Source of the DNA: Buchnera aphidicola (Neophyllaphis podocarpi) | GTDB lineage: Bacteria; Pseudomonadota; Gammaproteobacteria; Enterobacterales; Enterobacteriaceae | Length of the DNA: 32,000 nucleotides | Assembly (NCBI RefSeq): GCF_964059055.1 | Contig: NZ_OZ060386.1 | Location: forward strand, 510,001 to 542,000 | Reading direction: 5' to 3' | Shown: in pieces, positions 29,395 through 32,000 of the stretch | Layout of the letters: each line of letters opens with the position of its first letter | Numbering within the stretch: the first letter of the stretch is position 1 | Position numbers and translations under genes: made by a program | Notes under the pieces: model-generated | Told to the model about the DNA's origin: nothing | Database searches by the model: none | Seen by the model: only the letters and a program-made list of their open reading frames with translations

Positions 29395-29817
29395 TCATAA
29401 AGGTACAATTAACATATCTATAGGAACAGAGTTAATAAATTGACGTACATAAGAAATAAATTTACTCCAAAAGTCTTGATGATGTCCAAAAATTACTAAA
29501 TCTATTTTGTGTATTTTTATAGATTTTATTAAAGATTTCACTAAATCTCCATTAGAATTTATAATTTTATTAAATTTAAAGTTTGATTCTTTAATAAATC
29601 TAATGAGTTCGTTATAAATAAATTCTTTTTGATTTTTTTTTTCTATATTACTTATATTTACATCTATGAGACCAGTATATAAATCAGAATAATTAATATT
29701 TACATGAATTAAAGAAATTTTAGCTTTATTAAGTTTAGCTATTAAAATAGCTTTAGAAATTAAAATTTTACTCTCAGGAGAAAGATCTATAGCTACTAAA
29801 ATATGTTTATAAGACAT
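29395..29817 (-). CDS. uspA: Universal stress protein A
   Basis: 140 aa. MSYKHILVAIDLSPESK, LIHVNINYSDLYTGLIDVN, GHHQDFWSK and DMLIVPL are near-identical to E. coli UspA. Confidence 0.95.
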   Translation of the reverse strand: MSYKHILVAIDLSPESKILISKAILIAKLNKAKISLIHVNINYSDLYTGLIDVNISNIEKKNQKEFIYNELIRFIKESNFKFNKIINSNGDLVKSLIKSIKIHKIDLVIFGHHQDFWSKFISYVRQFINSVPIDMLIVPL

Positions 29818-29882
29818 TTTATTATATCCTTAAAAAATTATATATTATAAATAATACATATATTAAAATAAATAATTTTTAT

Positions 29883-31370
29883 TTATATAAAATTTAAAAC
29901 TAATAAATAAAATAAACTAGATAAAAACATAGAAATAGGTAAAGTAAATATCCAAGCAAGTATAATATTTTTAACCATGATAAATTGAATACCAATTTTA
30001 TCTGCTATCATAGTTCCAGCTACAGAAGAAGATAATATGTGTGTTGTAGAAACTGGTATTCCTGTATAACTAGCTACTCCTATAGAAATTGCAGCAGTCA
30101 TTTGAGAAGCAATAGCCTGAGCATATGTCATATTTTTTTTACCTATTCTTGTACTGATTGTATTAGATATTCTTTTCCAACCTATCATAGTTCCAATAGA
30201 TAAAGAAAATGCTATTGATAATATAATCCATGTAGGAGCGTATTCTACTGTTTTTAATAAATTTTTATTAGATATCATTAAAAAATGTCTATCTTCTAAA
30301 CTAATATTAGACAATCTATAAATATGTTCATTCAAATCTGTAATACATAATAAAAACATTCTTAATTTTTTCTTTTGATTTAAATTTAATTTTTTATAAT
30401 TTGATGATTTTTTAACTAAGTCATGAACATCATTAAAAATATATGATATTAAATAACAATTTTTAATTGTGTTTTTGTCTTTTTCTTTTTTAATATTTGT
30501 AATTAAAGGTTTAAGAATTTTTTTTTGAGATATAAATATTCTTTCATTTTTTAAATAATATTTTTTTAATTTTTTTATTGTTGTTTGCATTTTAATTATG
30601 TCATAATTTTTTAGATTTAAATCAACTAAAAAAAATGATGGAGATATTCCTATCAATACAAGCATAATTAATCCTATACCTTTTTGACCATCATTTGCAC
30701 CATGAGAGTAACTAACTCCTATAGATGAAATTATAAGAGCTATTTTAGCTATTAAAGGTAACGGTGCTTTATTTTTTTCTTTTTTATTTTTATAGGGGGT
30801 AGAATATATAATATTTAATTTATTTTTTATAAAATAATTAAGTAATATAATAAAAATTATTGATATTAATAAACCAACTATTGGAGAAAATATTAAAGAA
30901 GATAATACATTAAATATTTGATTCAAGTTCATAGCATGTAATAATGAAGATTTTCTAATAAAGGTATCAGTTATGCTAATTCCGATTATAGAACCAATTA
31001 ATGCATGAGAACTTGATGAAGGTAAACAAAAATACCATGTAAAAAGATTCCATGTTATTGCTGAAGATAATATAGAAAAAATAATAACTAAACCATTGAT
31101 TGAATAAATTTCAATTAATAAATTTATAGGAAATAAATGTACAATAGTATATGCTACACTCAGACCTCCTAATAATACTCCTAAGAAATTAAATATTCCA
31201 GACATAATTACAGCTATATTAGATTTCATTGTTTTTGTATAAATTACTATAGCTACAGCATTTGCTGTATCATGAAATCCATTAATTGCTTCATAAAATA
31301 ATACAAATAAAAATGCTATAATAAATATTAAGTCGTTATATAAATCTATACATTTAAACAAATATATCAT
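29883..31370 (-). CDS. pitA: Low-affinity inorganic phosphate transporter
   Basis: 495 aa. FYEAINGFHDTANAVA, SHGANDGQKGIGL, GKKNMTYAQAIASQMTAA and PVSTTHILSSSVAGTM are collinear with E. coli PitA. Confidence 0.95.
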   Translation of the reverse strand: MIYLFKCIDLYNDLIFIIAFLFVLFYEAINGFHDTANAVAIVIYTKTMKSNIAVIMSGIFNFLGVLLGGLSVAYTIVHLFPINLLIEIYSINGLVIIFSILSSAITWNLFTWYFCLPSSSSHALIGSIIGISITDTFIRKSSLLHAMNLNQIFNVLSSLIFSPIVGLLISIIFIILLNYFIKNKLNIIYSTPYKNKKEKNKAPLPLIAKIALIISSIGVSYSHGANDGQKGIGLIMLVLIGISPSFFLVDLNLKNYDIIKMQTTIKKLKKYYLKNERIFISQKKILKPLITNIKKEKDKNTIKNCYLISYIFNDVHDLVKKSSNYKKLNLNQKKKLRMFLLCITDLNEHIYRLSNISLEDRHFLMISNKNLLKTVEYAPTWIILSIAFSLSIGTMIGWKRISNTISTRIGKKNMTYAQAIASQMTAAISIGVASYTGIPVSTTHILSSSVAGTMIADKIGIQFIMVKNIILAWIFTLPISMFLSSLFYLLVLNFI

Positions 31371-31541
31371 AAGATTTAAGCCATTTTAAAATATGAACTC
31401 AACTTATTTATCATCTGTTACAAAATATTTTTTGTAAAAAACAAAAAAATAAATTTTATTAAATAAAATTTCTATATGCTTAATATATAAATATTTTAGC
31501 AAGGTAATAAAAATTATTTAAGTTTGAATTTTATTTATTTT

Positions 31542-32000
31542 TTAATCATTAGAAGATAATTTTAATTTGTGAGCTAACAAAATTCCAATAGACAACATAA
31601 AAATAATAAAAATAGATATACCTAACCAATGCCAAGTAAACCAGAAAATACCACCAAAAGTTCCAAAGATACTAGAACCTAAATAATAAAAAAAAAGATA
31701 TAAAGAAGAAGCTTGTCCTTTAGCTATTTTTACTCTATGACCTATCCAACTACTAGAAACAGAATGTGCAGCAAAAAATCCTGCAGAAAATAACATTAGT
31801 CCAGGTATAATAATTATTAAATTGTTAAATTCAGTAACTATTAAACCAGAAATCATAAGGAATAGAGATCCTATAAGAACGTTACTTCTATGATATTTGT
31901 TAGTTAATATCCCTGCTTTAGGAGAACTATAAGTTCCAGTTAAATATACTACAGATAATAGTCCTATCATTGACTGATTTAATGAAAAAGGATAAGAAGT
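31542..32000 (-). CDS. ynfM: MFS-type inner-membrane transporter, YnfM-like, C-terminal part (5' end lies off the right edge)
   Basis: The frame remains open to base 32000. The product has four or five hydrophobic helices typical of the C-terminal half of a major-facilitator protein. The ynfM assignment rests on my recollection that Buchnera carries ynfM next to pitA. I did not verify it by alignment. Confidence 0.6.
   Translation of the reverse strand, partial: TSYPFSLNQSMIGLLSVVYLTGTYSSPKAGILTNKYHRSNVLIGSLFLMISGLIVTEFNNLIIIIPGLMLFSAGFFAAHSVSSSWIGHRVKIAKGQASSLYLFFYYLGSSIFGTFGGIFWFTWHWLGISIFIIFMLSIGILLAHKLKLSSND

Noticed and set aside
31418-31437. 8-bp hairpin TTACAAAA/TTTTGTAA and a CTGTTAC string upstream of pitA, considered as a Pho-box or terminator
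   Set aside because: It matches only half of a Pho-box consensus and has no second repeat. No U-tract follows in either direction. pitA is not Pho-regulated in E. coli.

Overview
This window is extremely A+T-rich and very gene-dense. It reads as core chromosome of a reduced gammaproteobacterial insect endosymbiont, with gene content and order closest to Buchnera aphidicola. I could not run a search, so all product calls rest on my recollection of E. coli orthologues, on catalytic motifs and on conserved E. coli gene neighbourhoods. I call 34 protein genes, 3 tRNAs (Asn-GUU, a CAU tRNA resembling ileX, Gly-GCC), two exact inverted repeats and one terminator-like hairpin. The genes are yggS', yggT, hemW, trmB, yggX, sbcB, yeeX, rph, pyrE, dut, rplI, rpsR, rpsF, rnr, purA, hflC, hflK, miaA, mtlD, mtlA, pgi, psd, orn, rpmE, a 71-codon ftsN-like ORF, hslV, hslU, fpr, epmA, coaD, rsmJ, uspA, pitA and ynfM'. 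TGA serves as a stop codon at hemW, orn and the ftsN-like ORF, so the genetic code is standard. I found no CRISPR array, mobile element, phage gene, toxin-antitoxin pair or defence-type cluster, and I do not think a novel multi-gene system is present. Four things deserve a second look. (1) pyrE has an intact body but is separated from its only ATG by an out-of-frame A9 run, making it a candidate for rescue by polymerase slippage. (2) The 71-aa ORF at the ancestral ftsN position keeps only a transmembrane helix and the PPKPxxxWxYIxEL essential-domain motif of FtsN. (3) A perfect 43-bp-arm inverted repeat lies between tRNA-Gly and rpmE. (4) A perfect 45-bp A/T-only palindrome lies in the sbcB/yeeX divergent spacer. 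Short spacers also mark where mutY, mutL, hfq-hflX, priA, priB, rsgA, nsrR and others sit in E. coli.
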